Shown: positions 24,389 through 37,419, numbered from the whole stretch's first letter. The stretch: 63,561 nucleotides of DNA, filler included, from Octopus bimaculoides (GCF_001194135.2; 7 parts of 6 records of this genome joined end to end with filler, not necessarily neighbours in it), one strand, 5' to 3'. Made by a program: numbers and translations. Notes: generated from the sequence alone by a model not told the origin.

Positions 24389-24458
<70 letters not shown>
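23945..24458. repeat. Compound tandem repeat: (GATA)n arrays alternating with two near-identical units of about 145 bp
   Basis: Units at about 24030-24177 and 24240-24388 share GACTAACAGACAGG...GTGTCCAAAAGACACAGGTTC. Confidence 0.9.
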
Positions 24459-24839
24459 GTTAGTCAGTCAGTGAGTGAGTGAGTGAGTCAGCGAGGGAGA
24501 GAAGCGAACAGACAAACAGCGACAGAGACTGCCGTATGAAAGCTACGTGATTCGAAGAGCGTTATTATAGAAGGCAATCAACAAAAGTAGAGGTGACTGC
24601 AGGAATCAGGAGAAGAGATTTAAGGTGTCATCTGAGATTGGTCTGGCTGGAACATTACAACAACTGATCGAATCAAATAGCTATATTGATTTTCCTCGGA
24701 GATTACTTACTGTTTGTTAGTATAGCTAGTTGGAGCAAAGCTAACCATTTTGACCTCAGCAAGATATAAAGAGGCGGGAAATTGATTGAATGTATTCTTT
24801 TAGATCTGACAGTTAAGCCACAACAGCAAGTGTTCGGAT

Positions 24840-25210
24840 GCTTTTCAAAAGCTAACAACAGATTCACATTCGAACCAGCGAAGGACTAAGCAAGCTTCTA
24901 AGTTGGTCGTTTGACATGTTAGAAATAGCAACCAAATAACCCTCGAATCCCGACCTGTTTTGTTTTAAAAGTGTTTGGATTTTTTTCTAAAGCTAACAAC
25001 AAATTTACATGCAAGCCAATGATAAGGTAAAGAAGCCTCTAAGTTAGTCATTCGACGTATTAGAAATAGCCGTCAAATAAACCTCAAATTTCAACCTACT
25101 TTAAAAAAATTGGACATTTTGGATAATGCGGTTCTATTTCCATCTAACTTCATCTGAAAACAAAAGGTGGGCGAGTCATGGTTAGAATACCGTTGATCAG
25201 GACTGATGTA
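24840..25210 (+). repeat. Abundant dispersed repeat (family E), tandemly duplicated here with period 140 bp
   Basis: AAAGCTAACAACA...TAAGTT.GTC.TT.GAC...TTAGAAATAGC occurs twice; related pieces at about 36100, 47100, 47330 and 52600. Confidence 0.6.
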
Positions 25211-25901
25211 AAACTGAAGCACAATAACAAAACAAAGCTATCTGGTCTCGTATGACCGCTACTAAGGTACTTCCGACTCACTGTTTTGTTTTCTTTTTCT
25301 TTCTTCTCTGTATCCATATTATGTCTAAAACTCACCCCTATTTCAAACCCCGCACCAATCCCCATATTTGGTCACTCCTCCCTAGAAATGAGATCCTCTG
25401 GAATTTTCACCATGCACAATTTTTTTTCTTCTTCCTGAAGCGGTCGACTAACAACTGTTCGTGAAGAACATCAGATGCGTCAATCTCACAGGTCTCATTG
25501 GGTAACTGCGAAGGCCAAAGGCGCAGCCCTCCCTTCGAATCCAATAAATTATTTAGAAGCCAAATGATAATTCAAATACCAATTCCTTAATAAACGCGGC
25601 ATTTAAAAGAAATGTTTTAACTCAAATTTAGGTCTGATCAACATGATCTATGAAGACTTCCTTGCAGTAATCATTCTTGACAAAATGTATCTAGGATTGC
25701 ATTTTCCATTGTGTTCTTCCTAATCTAAGGTCGCCTGGATCAGGGCTGACAAGAACAAAAGCAAAACATCAATAACAACTTACCTAGCCAACGGGGTGCC
25801 ATCATTCGAAAGCTAAAACGATGCGAAGTGCATTGTGACGAGCGATGAATAACACCATCCGATACCTTGACACCGTGATGAATATATATATTATATATAT
25901 G

Positions 25902-25968
<67 letters not shown>

Positions 25969-26523
25969 GTATCCTTTTGTTTTTCAAAGTTTGTTGAAAA
26001 GTTGAAAACTAGTTCTATCATCACTGCCTTGTATCTGTAATACAAGCTTTTGACGAGCTCGGGTTACAGAAACAACGCAGTGTTGATGATAGAAGCGGAA
26101 AAGCCAAAATCGTGGTAGTTCCATATATCATCGATATGGCCACCAATAGCCTCGCTGTTTCAAATAAGCAGCATAAAATCCTTTAGCACATCACTTTTTC
26201 TTTAAGTAAATATCGTTTATACATTAGAGCTCAAAGAAAGATCCAACGAGTCAATCAAGGATCTACTGCAGCTCAAAGGACGGCTAAATGGATACACGAG
26301 TAGGTCACATATGGAACTTTTATTACCAGAAACACTTCTAAGTAACATTCATGAAAGTGATTTAGAAATATTTCATATGAGATACATTGAAGTTATTATT
26401 GGTTATATATTCGCTGATCCTGTCAAATATTGGCAATTTCTCTGTGCTAAGAATTTAGTTTAAGTACATGCCATCGGATATAGGTGCCAGTATAACGTTT
26501 AAAGCTAATATATATATACATAC

Positions 26524-26631
<108 letters not shown>

Positions 26632-27057
26632 GAATACACCACTTCTTTCTTTATATATATGTGTGTGCGTGCGTGTACCTCTATGTATATCTACATAAAT
26701 TCGTATATAAGCATATACATATTCGTGTGGCCAAGCGATCCAGGGCCTTGTATTCACGATCACTAGATCATGAGTTCGATTCCTGGATAGGGCAGTGCAT
26801 TGTTTTCTTGAGCAAAACACTTCATTTTACGTTGCTCCAGAATGTCTTGTTGAAGAAAGAATTAGGATTTTTCTTTGGGTTAGATATATTCCTTTGAGTG
26901 TCTCCACCAGTGTGCATGTGTGTGGTCACTAGCTGTGTGTGTGAGTGGGTATGTGTGTGTGTGAGTGGGTATGTGTGTGTGTGAGTGTATGTGTGGGTGT
27001 GTTTGTACGTGTGTGTGAGTATGTTTTTTAGCGATGTTTTCTTTTGTATATGTATGC

Positions 27058-27112
<55 letters not shown>

Positions 27113-27481
27113 GTTCATAGATGATAATCAAATATTCTTGTATCGAATGCACTTAGTAGTGCTAAAGGGGTTTAAACTTTGGCGGAAAGCGAAGTAAATG
27201 TACGGATAAGCAAGTCATGCAGGTCAAAATACAAAGTATATTAAATGCACGAAATACAAAGATGCATGTTTACATACAAAAAGGTCTCACTTACACAGAG
27301 TAGAAATGACATCAAGAATTAAAGAAAAGTATTACAAATCCAACAGCTGTTTCTGGGGGCAAGGTAGTCCAAAAACAATGTTTGTAGATTGATACCATCG
27401 TCAGATGAGACGAGCCTCCGTCTTCAGGGAGAAGACCTTACATTTGTATATTTATATATACATACACTACATGTGTATTTG

Positions 27482-27517
<36 letters not shown>

Positions 27518-27564
27518 CTGTGTGTGTGTGTGTGTTTATATAAGCAATTTATGTCTATATACAC

Positions 27565-27722
27565 GCATTGGCTGTGTGGTTGAGAAGCTTGCTTCCCAGC
27601 CATATGCCCACTGTGCGGCAAGTTTGGACAAATGTCTTCTGCTATAGTCCCGGGTCGACCAAAGACTGGTGAGTGGAATTGGCAGACGGAAACCGAAAGA
27701 AGCCTGTCGTATATGCATCTGT
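27565..27722 (+). mobile_element. SINE family A, 5' half
   Basis: TGGCTGTGTGGTTGAGAAGCTTGCTTCCCA...GAAAGAAGCCTGTCGTATA. Confidence 0.8.
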
Positions 27723-27735
27723 ATATGTATGTACG

Positions 27736-28700
27736 TATGGCAAACTGGAAGACCGCCTATGGTCTAGACATGGTATTTCCACTGCGACAAAGATTAAGGT
27801 ATACAATACATGATTCTTAAACTCTTTATTGTATGCTTGCGAAACCTGGCCTGTGTATCGTAAGCACGTAAAACTTATGGAACGTTTTCATCAACAATGT
27901 CTCAGAAGGATTTTGAGGATTAGCTGGAAAATGTTTGTAAATGACGATGAGGTTCTTGGAAGAGGGAAATGCTTCACTATTGAAGCTTTGCTATTGCAGT
28001 ACAGATTGAGATGGAGTGGACACTTAGTCAGAATGACAGACAACAGAATGCCTAAACAACTTTTTTTTGCGGAGAATTGGTGACAAGTAAGCGTTCGTCC
28101 AACAAATCAAAAGATGAGGTATAAAGATTGTCTGAAGTCCGGATTGAATAAGATAAATGTTCCAATTGACAACTGGGAAGATTTTGCGCATTGCCGAGTC
28201 AAATGGAAAAAAGTTGTGTATGAAGGCAAAAATGAATTTGAAAGGAAGAGAGTGGAGCATGCAAAGATCAAAAGAAAGATGAGAAAAAGTGACAGGAATG
28301 ATGTTCTAATAAATATTAATGAACGTGATGATCTTACATGTGATGATTATGGAAAGATTTGTCTTAGTAAGGCTGGGCTAAAGAGCTATATGAAATTACA
28401 CATTGCACAACCGCACATTGATTGTAGATGGACAGATGATTTCGAATGCATACTCTGTCATAAAGTATGCAGATCAAAAAGCGGCTTGAAAAGGCATAGT
28501 AAAGTTGATGGAGCTGTAAACTATACAATCACCAAGTTTTCTTGCACTAATTGTCAAAAAGCATGCAAGTCTTTGGCAGGCCTCAAAAGCCATATTCGTG
28601 CAGCTCATCGATGATATTCTAGGGCATAAAGAAGTCAGGCAATGGCTCTACTCGAAATCGAGTTGGCAACCATCATGTATGTATGTATGTATGTATGTGC
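27736..28700 (+). mobile_element. RTE-clade LINE 3' fragment, ORF ending in three C2H2 zinc fingers, (ATGT)n tail
   Basis: YGKLEDRLW...LLYACETW...ERFHQQCLRRILRISW...LRWSGHLVRM...MPKQL; frameshift near 28070; stop 28614; 3' hairpin ACTCGA-AA-TCGAGT at 28650-28663. Confidence 0.92.
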
Positions 28701-29382
28701 GCGCGAATGTGTTTGTATATGTATGTATGTATTCATATTTTCCTGGATAAGCCATAAGCTTTTCTTTCACCAGCTAGAAGAGTGAGAGGGTGGGAAAGCA
28801 AGAACCGTTTAGTTCTTTTATTCGTTAAATATTCATCAGAGATTGCAGACCGTTCGTTGCAGCTGCCTACTGAGGTTAAGAACTGGACTTCTTGTAGGAA
28901 ATGTTAACATAATTATGAAAACCATAGCGAAATTCAGATAAAAGCGTAAGGTGGACGGCCGAGAGACGACAACTATAGCTCTAATAATAGCGTTGTTATG
29001 AAGAAACGGAAGTAATGTAGGTACATATACATAGACTATTTATGACTAATGTGGTTTCTTCGATCTCCATTTGGGCGGCTTATTTCCACTCTTTCTCAAA
29101 TAACCTTTTAATTCATTCGCAAGTTATCTATTGAAATTGTAAACGTGTTACATAACAATTTAAAACTTTAAATTCACTGTGCACCAGCTGCTTAAATCAT
29201 TGACCTTCCTCTATGCAACGAATGTCTGGTGTCGCTGATCCGAGCATTTAAGTTGAAGTGCACAATTCACAGCTGCTACTTATAACAGCTTGATATATAA
29301 CATTTTATTTATATCGTATGTATGCATATGTGCGTGTATGTGTGTATGTATGTGTGTATGTATGTATATGTAAGCACATACA

Positions 29383-29426
<44 letters not shown>

Positions 29427-29654
29427 GACAGACAGGGAAAAGTCAGAGACAGAGACGGAGAGAGAAAGAGAGACAAAGAAAGAGAGAAAGAAAGAAAGAA
29501 AGAAAGAAAGAAAAAAGGAAGGAAAGAAAAAAAGAAAGAAAGAAAGAGAGAAAGAAAGAAAGAAAGAGATCGTTTGCAACAGTATTTAGCAGCTATGGAA
29601 TATGCACTTGTAATAAAATTATTGACTCATTTACTGCTTACGTATATACTTACT

Positions 29655-29685
<31 letters not shown>

Positions 29686-30182
29686 ATTCTTAAACAAGAA
29701 TATTATTGACAGTGACTTCAANNNNNNNNNNNNNNNNNNNNNNNNNNNNNNNNNNNNNNNNNNNNNNNNNNNNNNNNNNNNNNNNNNNNNNNNNNNNNNN
29801 NNNNNNNNNNNNNNNNNNNNNNNNNNNNNNNNNNNNNNNNNNNNNNNNNNNNNNNNNNNNNNNNNNNNNNNNNNNNNNNNNNNNNNNNNNNNNNNNNNNN
29901 NNNNNNNNNNNNNNNNNNNNNNNNNNNNNNNNNNNNNNNNNNNNNNNNNNNNNNNNNNNNNNNNNNNNNNNNNNNNNNNNNNNNNNNNNNNNNNNNNNNN
30001 NNNNNNNNNNNNNNNNNNNNNNNNNNNNNNNNNNNNNNNNNNNNNNNNNNNNNNNNNNNNNNNNNNNNNNNNNNNNNNNNNNNNNNNNNNNNNNNNNNNN
30101 NNNNNNNNNNNNNNNNNNNNNNNNNNNNNNNNNNNNNNNNNNNNNNNNNNNNNNNNNNNNNNNNNNNNNNNNNNNNNNNNNN

Positions 30183-30251
<69 letters not shown>

Positions 30252-30492
30252 ATTTTTATGTTGCACTTTCCATCAGCTGCTTCAAATATTGACCTTCTGT
30301 ACAAGGAATGCCTGGTGTCGCTGATCCGAGCATTTAAATTATAGTAAGCAATTCACAGCTGCTAGTACTCTGGATCAGATTAGATCTGGAAACAATGGGG
30401 GTTCCACACTCTTCAAATCCTTGAAAATCCCGAACCAGCGCCTCACTACCAGTCAAACTAAGGACATACATACATACATACATACATACATA

Positions 30493-30890
30493 GTATGGTA
30501 GAAGCCATAGTCACTCGTAATACAAATGAGTACTGGTGGAATGTCCCAGTGAAGACCTCAATAAAATGTAAGCACAACAGACCTGATATAATAATCTGGG
30601 ATGGGGAAGAGAAACTGTGCACAGTTGTGTACATTAAGCTGCCCGGCGGATGTTAACAAAAAACTGAAGATCAATGAAAAAGAGAACACCTATGCTGAAC
30701 TATTGAGAAATCTGCAGTTACTCTATCCAGATTACAATTTCAGGTTTATACCTGTAATTATTGGGGTCCTGGGATATGTAAGACTGCCTAAATACCGATC
30801 TTGAGAAAATAGGTTTCTCAAAACCAGATAGGAGAAAGCTAATTCGAAGACAACAGATCCAATCCATCACTGGAACTGTAAACATCTGTA
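30493..30890 (+). mobile_element. R4/Dong-like retrotransposon, copy 3 (RLE region only)
   Basis: EYWWNVPVKTSIKCKHNRPDIIIWDGEEKLC...SCPADVN...EKENTYAELLRNLQ; preceded by (CATA)n. Confidence 0.85.
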
Positions 30891-31193
30891 AAGTATTATT
30901 AGGAATTGTATAAAAAAAAATAGGTTAAAACATTTTGTGTATTGCCGAAGTTTAATCAATTTATTGCACATCAGTTTTAACAACAAATTCTTATTTGGAC
31001 CCCATCAAGGGTCATATGAGCCCCGGTTGTAAACCACTGTTCCAGAGTAAAGCAGGTGTTTCGAGATGAGCTATAGATGAGAGATTTGCGAGATGTTCGT
31101 GTTAGCAGGAGGTTGTGTACGACGCTCTTTAGGTTGGTTTGGGGTCCATGAATATGAACATCAGAGTTATAAGAACTGACCAGGTAGATTTGT

Positions 31194-31564
31194 TGGCACT
31201 CCGTCGCTTACGATGTTGAGGGTTCCAGTTGATCCGATCAACGGAACAGCCTGCTCGTGAAATTAACGTGCAAGTGGCTGAGTACTCCACAGACACGTGT
31301 ACCCTTAACGTAGTTCTCGAGGATATTCAGCGTGACACAGAGTGCGACAAGGCTGACCCCTTGAATTACAGAAACAGGAAGTAAGAGTGAGAGAAAGTTG
31401 TGGTGAAAGAGTACAGCAGGGTTCGCCACCATCCCCTGCTGGAGCCTCGTGGAACTTTAGGTGCTTTCGCTCAATAAATACTCACAACGCCCGGTCTGGG
31501 AATCGAAACCGCGATCCTATGACCGCGAGACCGCTGCCCTAACCACTGGGCCATTGCACCTCCA
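31194..31564 (-). mobile_element. SINE family C
   Basis: Full colinear copy; head TGGAGGTGCAATGGCCCAGTGGTTAGGGC on the minus strand. Confidence 0.92.
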
Positions 31565-31718
31565 CTCGAAGTAGCGTAACATCATGATAACACACTTTAT
31601 TGATGGGAGCTTGATCTGAACGTTTGCAAGAACTAAAAGAGCCAAGTGATGATATTGAACCGGGAGCTGCTATGTGTCCACTATTCTTATGTTATCTTGT
31701 TTATAGTGTCATGTTGTT

Positions 31719-31935
31719 AAGGCGGCGAGCAGGCAGAATCGTTAACATGCCGGGCAAAACAGCGGTACTTCGTCCGTATTTCGTCTTTATGTACTGAGTT
31801 CAAATTCTGCCGAGATCGACTTTAATTTTCATCCTTTCGGGGCCGATGATAAAAATAAGTACCAGCTGAGCACTGGATCAATGAAATCGACTTGCCCCAC
31901 CCCCGATATTGCTGGCCTTGTGCCAAAATTTGAAA
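31719..31935 (+). mobile_element. SINE family B
   Basis: AAGGCGGCGAGCAGGCAGAATCGTTAAC...GAGTTCAAATTCTGCCGAG...GGCCTTGTGCCAAAATTTGAAAC. Confidence 0.85.
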
Positions 31936-31983
31936 CCTGTAATGTAATGTTTTTCTCTGCTTTTAATGTTGATTGTGTTTCTG

Positions 31984-32014
<31 letters not shown>

Positions 32015-32977
32015 TTCTCAAGTCAGCTTTGTTTGGGCAGACTTTCAGCTATCATCATTTTATTTGTTGTTGTTGTTGTTGTTGATCTTGTTATTATTGT
32101 TTATCGATTCAGGCATGGTATATCTTGGACTATATTATCTAATGCGTCCTTCTTTTCCGTTAGATAGCTGGATGTAAACTGGAGGGAAATTTGTTACTTC
32201 AAGTATGCAGATTGATCGATCGCGTTACATAGGTTCGCTCGTTGGCTGAGGTCAGTTTTGCCTTTCAGCCTTCCGTGGTCGATAAAATAAATTACAAATC
32301 AAAGAACGGGGACATTACAATCGACTTTACATCCGTCCAAATTTCGGGACCTGTGCCTATCTTAAATCAATATTATTCTGTTGCAGTGGCTGCTTCAGTT
32401 GTTGTTCTTGTTACTGTTGCTGTTCTCACGGTCGTTAATTTTACGGCTGATTTTCCGCCTGGTGTCGTCGTATCTATTTCTGATTCATTCGTTGTTGTTG
32501 TTGTTATTATTCTGTCTATTTCTAATCCTGTTCGTAGTGACAATGGTGGTGCTGGTACTCGTGGTGGTGATACTAACGGCGACAGCAGCGGCATTGCTGC
32601 TGCACCGGCTGCTGATTGCTGCTGGTGTACAGTAAGCAATATATAATTGATTTATATCAGCATAGTAAAAGACAGCACACAGGTGACCTCTGTCACATAT
32701 CACTGAAGGCGTGGAGGTCGCAGATGGTCGTAAACTTGACAATAGCATATACTCACACACTCGCGCGCACATACACATCATATCTTTCCCGTTTTCCCTC
32801 TCTCTTTCCACATATGCTTACGTAGATATACGTATTTACGTGTGCGTGTATAAACTTATATAACACAAAAACACACACATGCATATATGTGTGTATGTGT
32901 GTGTGTATATATATATGTATATATATGTATGTACTATGTATGTATATATGATATATGTGTGTATGTATATATGTATG

Positions 32978-33070
<93 letters not shown>

Positions 33071-33073
<3 letters not shown>

Positions 33074-33285
33074 CGGAGCCTAGACAGATTTCTTCAAGGA
33101 ATACCAGATAAGCCACCCATATCTGGATACAACTCACTCAGCAAGAACTCACTATTTGAATGGACCATAATACCACAAAACTTGACTTTAAAAGGATTTA
33201 GATAATCCTATCAGGTGGTGCTATTAAGTTAGACATGGCCTGGACCAATCTTTGGTCGAGACATATCTAAGTTTTATCTAAGTTT
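33071..33285 (+). mobile_element. CR1-like LINE extreme 3' end
   Basis: [18 protein letters not shown]...NSLFEW fits the invertebrate CR1 C-terminal LDxFLxxIPDxP..GY..NSL motif; tail (TATCTAAGTT)2. Confidence 0.7.
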
Positions 33286-33403
33286 ATATATATATATATA
33301 TATNNNNNNNNNNNNNNNNNNNNNNNNNNNNNNNNNNNNNNNNNNNNTTAATTAATTAANNNNNNNNNNNNNNNNNNNNNNNNNNNNNNNNNNNNNNNNN
33401 NNN

Positions 33404-33456
<53 letters not shown>

Positions 33457-33604
33457 TTATACGAGTGGCGTGCTGAAAAGTTCTTTGTCTTAAGGGTATC
33501 GTGAAGGGCCAGGTTGGAGGCCCAACCTTCCGAATTCTCTTACACGGCTTAGTGAAACTGAAGGACCACTGCAATAACTGTGGAAATCTCAAAGTAGAAT
33601 AGCT

Positions 33605-33982
33605 TTTACCTTTTACCTGTTTCAGCCATAAGACTGCGGCCAAGATGGAGCACCAACTTTGAATTTTTAGTCGAATGAATCGACCCCAGTACTTATTTTT
33701 CAAGCCTGGTAATTATTCTATCGGTCTCCTTTGCCGAACCGCTATATTACGGGAACATAAACACAACAACACCGGTTGTAAGTGGTGATGGGGTGACAAA
33801 CACAGCACACACACACACATATATATATATACGACAGGCTTATTTCAGTTTCCGTATACCAAATCCGATTACTAGGCTTTGGTCAGCCTGAGGCTATTGT
33901 AGAAGACAGAGAAGAAGCCACGCAGTGGGACTGAACCCGGAACCATGTGGTTGGGAAGCAAGCCCCTTACCATACAACTACT
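33605..33982 (-). mobile_element. SINE family A, complete with short internal microsatellite
   Basis: Head TAGGCGCAGGAGTAGTTGTATGG on the minus strand; both halves present. Confidence 0.85.
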
Positions 33983-34189
33983 CCTGCGCCTATATACTGA
34001 ATAAAATCGTAACTGAACCTCCTGAAACTTTTCAGCACACCCCCTCGTACACGCATGTATGCACATACACACACTTCTTTATTCAGTTCATATTTTATCA
34101 ATCTCACACACACACTCACACACAGGGGCATGCTGACACACACACACAGGCACACTGACACATACATGCACGCACATTCTTAACACTTG

Positions 34190-35072
34190 TTCTCATTCAC
34201 ACCTTAGAATCACTTCATTCTCACTCTCCGATTCTGCTCATCAATTTAGCAACGGTCAAGCCACTTGCTTGGCCGTTACCTACTTGACAGTCTCTTAACA
34301 CTTACTCACGCAAACATACCGACACACTGCAGTCCGATACCTTCCTTTGATCTATCCTTCTCTATAAATGAAAACTTTTGTTTCCTACTTCCGTCTGCCA
34401 TTTTCCAGCACTGCAACAGCACGCTTCAACCATTTTCGTACGTTCTCCCATCTACGTTATTTCACTTTTTTCTTGGATATTTTCCCATCTTTTACCATCT
34501 TATTGGACTTTTAATCTCTTTTTGGAATTTTTGGAGCTTTGCCATCTCAAACTATTTCAGGATCTTTCGTTTCATATTGGATTTCCTGCTTCTCAAACTT
34601 CAATTTTTCTTCTTTTTTTTTTGTCATTGCTTCACGAGCATACGCCGCATAAAACGTTTCCAATCAACATATTTGTCATTGTGCACATGCGCACACCTAA
34701 ACCATCCTGCATCATTTCTCACCTTCTGTCAAATTTGCATTATTTTGCTGGCGGGGTACTTTTCCTCCGTCTTCTTGAGCTTTTACTGTGTTTTCGAACT
34801 CTGAACTCTGCATGGCCTTTTGTAATCTTTAGAATTTTATTATCTCGAACTTTTACAGGACCCTTCATCCCATATTAAGCTTCTACCTTTTTGGTTCGAC
34901 CTTCCACTCTTTACTTCACAGTCGAACACCAGACAAAACGTTTCTACCGCTACAGTCTTTTCTTTATGAACACCCACGCGCACAAATAAAGCCGTTCATC
35001 TTGCAGACGTCATTCTATACTTTTAGTCATACATACACCCATTCGCGTACTCAATCTCTCCCTCTCTCTCCT

Positions 35073-35121
<49 letters not shown>

Positions 35122-35700
35122 GTCTTACACACACGCACTTACACCACATATGCAACAACTGACAATCCTTTATACCCAACTAACAAACGCCCCCGATTGT
35201 ACACACTTTCTGGCGTTTATAAAGATTTATACATCTTGCCAACTTACACACCTATTTCATTCCTCTGACCCTCACTTCCAAACGCAAATTCCTAGATACA
35301 TTAGTGGCACCTCCTTGGCTAGTTTTCTTCGGATAACGGTATTTCTCTTTCCGCTCTCTGCTTCTTACCTCTTGCTCCTTTTACCCACCATATTTTTATC
35401 ATTATAATTTATTTATATTTTGTAAATACTTTTCAGTAAACTTTTAAATTTATTCTACTAGACTTAATATTTCTCTCTCTACATTTCTCTCTGAAACAGC
35501 TGTAAAGAACAGACCTGCTTATGTAAAGTAAAATGCATATGCCATGTTTCATATAAATACATTCTTATAATGGTACAATTGTCGTTTCTCTCTCACTCCA
35601 TCTCTTTCGCTCCCTCTCTTTCTCACTCTCTCCTGATTTTTCTCTTTTGATGAAGGACTAAAATCCGAAACATCAATATCTGTTCTGAATTATTTTTTGT
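34190..35700 (+). mobile_element. Probable decayed Penelope-like element region
   Basis: Pyrimidine-rich broken ORFs (HLNH..FL.FCQ.C.I..AG.F), GAAACAGCTGTA at about 35507 and hammerhead-like TGATGAAGGA..TCCGAAAC at about 35648. Confidence 0.35.
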
Positions 35701-35868
35701 TTGTTCGGTTTTTTTGGGGTTTTTTTTGTTTTTTTTGTTTTTGATTTGTGTTTTTGCTTGAGGAGAGAGATCACGCATGTGTGTATGTATATATTTATAC
35801 ATATTTATATAAAGACATACAGAAAGATAGACAGGCAGATAAACAGACAGACAGACAGACAGACAGAC

Positions 35869-35923
<55 letters not shown>

Positions 35924-36642
35924 AGGGGGGAGTCAAAAGAGACATATTCATGGACCTACAATGGATTTTCTACTCAGTTGTTTGAAGAGTAGATCGATCC
36001 GTGACTAAAACACAACAACAAAACAATGTACATGTAGCTAGTAGCGCAACCTGCCAAATTTGCTTCAAACGGTACCCAAAGTTTTTTTTATAGAAAAGAG
36101 TGGATGCATTGAATAATGTAGTCCTGGAAAACTATACATTGAAAAAACACCCAAAAAACTTGGTAGTCAGGAGTGGATTTCCTTTGATAAATTCTCTGCT
36201 CCATCACAGATAACCTGGAGCGAAACAACAACATCAACAACAAAAGCAGAGTAACAAATAGAAGATGAAAACAACCACCATGTAAACTCGAGCGGGGTTT
36301 AAATATTTTACTGGCGGTAATCAATATTATATTGGTCAATAGAAACAAAGAAAGGCAGGGAGAGAGAAACAGAGAGACAAACAGATAGACAGGCAGGCAG
36401 ACAGACAAAAGGACACACAGACACAAGAAGAGACAAAAAAGGAGGTGGGCAGAAAGAATGTACGATTAACAATTATATTTATAACCGCTGGAAAAAACTA
36501 GACGTCATCCTTGTTCGTGATATGATATCATTGATGTATGTTAATAGCACGGAAATGTTATTACCGAGAAATTATTTGTTATATGAGAGGGTAATTATCT
36601 GTATTCGTGGTCATATGCATGCATGTATGTATGAGTGTTTGC

Positions 36643-36708
<66 letters not shown>

Positions 36709-36889
36709 ATGTTGCTGCGAATAAATTTGTTTCACTATGTAGGGTTTGTGTGTCTACGACTATATCGATAAATGTATATAGGAATGTGTCTATTTTTATG
36801 TATGTATGTATGTATGTATGTATGTATGTATGTATATATGTGTGAAATAGTCGTGGGTGCCCTGGTAAGGCCACAGCCTTAGGGGTCAA

Positions 36890-37175
36890 ATGTATAAAAG
36901 GTGCGTAAGATATTTGAGGACAGATTTATGTTTATAAAAAAAAACATATAATAACAGATAATGATTTTATCTATCAAAAAATGCTTTGAGGATAAAAATA
37001 AACTTTCTTTTCTATAATGTTATTCAATAAAGCCACCTTCAGCTTCAACAACTGCTTCTTTATGAGATCTAAATCATCTACATGTTGGAATCAAGCGATC
37101 CTGGTTCATTTGGGACATTACTCTAACTATGGCAGCTTTCAAAGAATCTTTGGTGTTATGAGCGTGTTCATTTAC

Positions 37176-37206
<31 letters not shown>

Positions 37207-37330
37207 AAGCTCCACATGTAATTGTCCAATGGATTGAGACCTGGGGAATTGTTCGGGATTATGTGATCATGAAAATTTTCAGCCATCCATTCCTGTGTTA
37301 CTAGAGCCATGTGTGAGAGTGCAGAGTCTT
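36890..37330 (-). mobile_element. maT/DD37D-like transposase C-terminal remnant
   Basis: DSALSHMALVTQEWMAENFHDHI...NSPGLNPLDNYMW...NTKDSLKAAIV...EAEGGFIE*; an (AG)n expansion interrupts the frame. Confidence 0.8.
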
Positions 37331-37419
37331 ACTGAAGCACATATGGCCTTCCATTGCATACATTGTCTATTCAGGGCTTAACAATTATTTCCAGGACCTC
37401 AATACCATACAAAATATTT

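Noticed and set aside
26000-26170. Minus frame MIYGTTTILAFPLLSSTLRCFCNPSSSKACITD, resembling a TGF-beta receptor ectodomain start
   Set aside because: Stop follows immediately, no good donor, and the cysteine pattern is incomplete
31440-31564. tRNA-like sequence with A and B boxes (also in other SINE heads)
   Set aside because: Continues into a SINE body and lacks a proper acceptor stem; not a tRNA gene
32242-32646. Three overlapping ORFs of 84-134 aa with Thr/Val/Ala-rich content
   Set aside because: Derived from a decayed SINE-B and (GTT)/(GCT) low-complexity sequence
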